From the NCBI RefSeq assembly GCF_018350175.1, contig NC_058383.1, forward strand, positions 496,001 to 560,000: 64,000 nt of DNA, read 5' to 3'. A program made the translations under genes and the position numbers. The DNA is from Felis catus (Eukaryota). This document shows, in pieces, positions 61,121 through 64,000 of the stretch; position 1 is the stretch's first letter; the number at the start of each line of letters is the position of its first letter. The notes under the pieces were generated by a model. That model saw nothing but the letters and a program-made list of their open reading frames with translations. It searched no databases and was not told where the DNA came from.

Positions 61121-62109
61121 GGAATAATGCATTGGGTTGAGAAGGAAGAAATAACTACTCCTATCCAAAGGTGATGTGGTCTTGCACATAAAAAATCCTA
61201 TGAAATCCAAACACACACACTCACACATAGCAGAGCTGATAAACGAGTCAGCAAAGTTGCAGAATACAAGATCAATACCTAAAGCCAGTTGTCTGCTGAT
61301 CAGTAAGCCCTAGCAATAAACAATCTAAAAATTAAAGAAAACAATTCCGTTTACAATAGCATTGAAAAGAGTAAAATAACTTAGGAATAAGTGTAACCAA
61401 AGAATTGTGAGACTTGCATGTTAAAAATCACAAAAATATCACTTAAGAAGTTAAAGATGCAGTATTACGGCGGCAAACCCCAAACTGATTGGCAGATTCA
61501 GTCCCCATCCAAAATCCCAGCTGCCTTTTTTGAGGAAATTGACAAAGCTGATCCTAAAATTCAAATGGAAGGACAGTAGACCCAAAATAGCCAAAACAAC
61601 ATTGGCCAGGAAGACCAAAGTTGGAGGGAGGACTCACACTTCCCTCCATCACCCTTCAGTCACAAGGAGGGACAAGTCAGTGGAACAGAACTGAGAGTCC
61701 AGAAATAAACCCTTACATTCATGGTTAGTTGATTTTCAAGAAGGGTGTCAAGCCAATTCAATGGGAGAAAAATAGTCTTTCCACGAATGGACAACTGGAC
61801 GTCCATGGGGAAAAAAAAAAATTAAAGTAGACCCCTACCTCACACCATGTACAAAAATTAACTCAGAATGGGTTAAAGACCTAAATATAAAAGCTAAAAC
61901 TATAAACTCTTAGGAGAAAACATGGCCATAAATCTTCACCACTGCATCCCCTAAAATCATCCTGTTCATACAATTTGGGGCAACTCTGGTGTACTATAAT
62001 CTCGGGGCACAGGTGAGACAACCAAGGCCCAGAGAGGGGGCAGCCCTGTGTGTAACCTGTGACTTCTTCAAGGAACTCCCTTGGTGTGCACTCTCTCCAA
62101 GACAAGGAC

Positions 62110-62413
62110 AGATGGGTGGGTGGATGGATAGACGGATGGACGGATGGATAGATGGATGGACGGATACATGGGTGGACAGATGGATGGATGGGTGGATAGA
62201 TGGCTGGACAGACGGATGGACGGATGGATAGATGGATGGACGGATAGATGGATGGATGGATAGATGGCTGGACAGATGGATGGACGGATGGATAGATGGA
62301 TGGACGGATACATGGACAGATAGATGGACGGATGGATAGATGGATGGACGGATACATGGACAGATAGATAGATGGCTGGACAGATGGATGGATGGATGGG
62401 TGGATGGATGGAT
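62110..62413. repeat. Compound (GGAT/GGAC/AGAT)n microsatellite
   Basis: About 300 bp of tetranucleotide variants. Confidence 0.95.
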
Positions 62414-64000
62414 GAAGAACTTCCAGAGATCTGGCGGCCACAGCCACGGCCCTCCAGCTCTCTAGAAGTTAGGGCTGGCCGGCCCTGAGGACGTCTGGGT
62501 GGGTGCTGTTCTGGGGGAGGGGGCAGTGGCAGCTGGCACCACCAGGCTGTGCTGGGGGACAGGGTGGAGGGCCCTGGACCAGCAGAGGATTGGAAGGCAG
62601 CCCCGGGGTCAGGCAGAGCTCATGGCGGGTGCCACAGTGCTGAGCTAGGAGACCCCGTGTCTTGGCAGCCGCCTCTCTGGGGGCACAGTTTCCAGTAGGT
62701 CTACAGCAGCCTCTTTCTCGCCAAAAATGCAGCTGTAGGGAAAGGCCCAGAGCCTCTGTCTGGGGTCCCCGAGGGCAGGCACCAGGGGATGTGGCGGGGA
62801 CAGCTGCCTGCTCTCCCTGGGCAGGTGGGACTGAGCAGGGACCAGGAAGGAACTTGAGGGCAGCTGGACAGAAAGACCAGGGTCCCTGCGCCTGTCCCCA
62901 GCTATCCCGAGTGGAAGGCCCCTTCCAAGCACCTAGAGAAGATGCCTCTGTCCCCCGGGTCCCCTGGAACTGCCCCGGGGCCATGCCCACCCAGGCCCAT
63001 GCACAGCCCAAGAGACCAGCAAGCTTCTCCGGTGCAGCAGGAAAGGTCAGAATGGGCGCCCCACCATCGCCCTCCGACGGGCACTCCCTGCGAAGGGCAC
63101 GGCCGGCCCAGAGCCCAGAGCTGGTGATAAGCGCAGGACTGAGCCGCTGGCAGAGCTTTGGGGAAACTGTCCAAGGCCGGCCGAGCTCTGGGGTCCTCGT
63201 CCCCTGCCAGCCAGGATGAGGGGCAGTCTGGGAGGTACTCTTAAGGGCCTCGAGTCCCGCAGGTTAGGTGAGGGGACTCAGCCCATGTTCTGTGGCCAAG
63301 GACTGGGGCCGGCCCCCTCGGGGAGGCCGGGAGCCCCTGCCCACACCTGAAGCCTGCAATGGACGCCCCACCCGGGGACCGTCCAGGAGGAGCTCAGAGG
63401 GGAAGCAGTATTTCTGTCCGTCTGTCTGTCTGCTGTCCATCAGAACCACAAAGGGCCTTCTGGGCAGCACAGCGCCTGGTGGAACCCCCGTGTGGCATGG
63501 CTATGCCAGCAAGGGCCACAGGCCGCCAGCTCCAGCCCAGGAGCCAAAAGGGCCGGGCGGGGGTGCCTCAGCCCCCGGGGCTCCGGGCAGGGCCTCACTC
63601 GGGCGGCGGGGCGCAGGCCCCAACAGGGACCGCGTCTGCTCCCTGGTCCTCCCAGGAACACTGCCCACTGATCAGCAGGCTGGGGGCCAGATAGCGAATA
63701 CTCCACATTTTTTGGCGGCTCAAGGGCCTGGTTGGAAACAGTCACTGTTTTATTCTGCAGAAACCACACGCTTTGCGCCCCGTGCCCTGCAGGGAGTGGG
63801 GGTGGGCACTGTGGGGCGGCAGGCCAGCTCCTGCACACTGCTGTCACCTCTGAGGCCAGGCTGAGCGCGGGCCCCCGGCCCGGGGGTGAATCCGAGGGCG
63901 CCTCCCTTGGTGCTGCGAGGACCATCTGAGACGGGGACCCTCAGGGGCACGAGGACGCGGGCTCTGCCTGGTGCCCCAGGGGCCACCAGGCCTCCCTTCA

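Larger units (their letters stand above)
59760..61945 (+). mobile_element. Decayed L1M ORF2 region
   Basis: Peptide remnant HDQLGFIPGMQGWFNI (L1 RT-like); gtcagcaaagttgcagaatacaagatcaata; ccctacctcacaccatgtacaaaaattaactcagaatgg; many stops and deletions. Confidence 0.9.

Noticed and set aside
1..64000. Naming the host gene or locus
   Set aside because: No exon recognised; short exons or an intronic location cannot be excluded without alignment

Overview
Mammalian, almost certainly felid (cat family), genomic DNA. The assignment rests on 11 carnivore tRNA-derived SINEs, most with felid SINEC_Fc-type sequence. The window is very GC-rich, gene-poor and looks subtelomeric. I found no supportable protein-coding exon, RNA gene or CRISPR array. 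The long ORFs in the track are stop-free reads through tandem repeats, chance ORFs in GC-rich DNA, or decayed LINE-1 remnants. Content: decayed L1 blocks (about 3.1-8.2 kb antisense, 11.0-12.3, 37.5-38.2, 48.3-49.1 and 59.8-61.9 kb), MLT1 LTRs, hAT/Charlie (MER3-type) fragments and MIR/L2 relics. There is a dense cluster of GC-rich minisatellites at 8-24 kb, and several short AT-richer unique islands with clustered transcription-factor motifs (candidate enhancers). I see no convincing new biological system. Best leads: minisatellites that amplify TF-like motifs (EBF, GLI-like), a SINE target-site triplication, a tightly spaced inverted SINE pair, apparent AT-to-GC remodelling of ancient repeats, and motif-dense candidate enhancers (K50 homeodomain cluster, RFX X-box). 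Repeat family names come from recalled consensus sequences, not a database search. Boundaries of old repeats are approximate, and the locus could not be identified.
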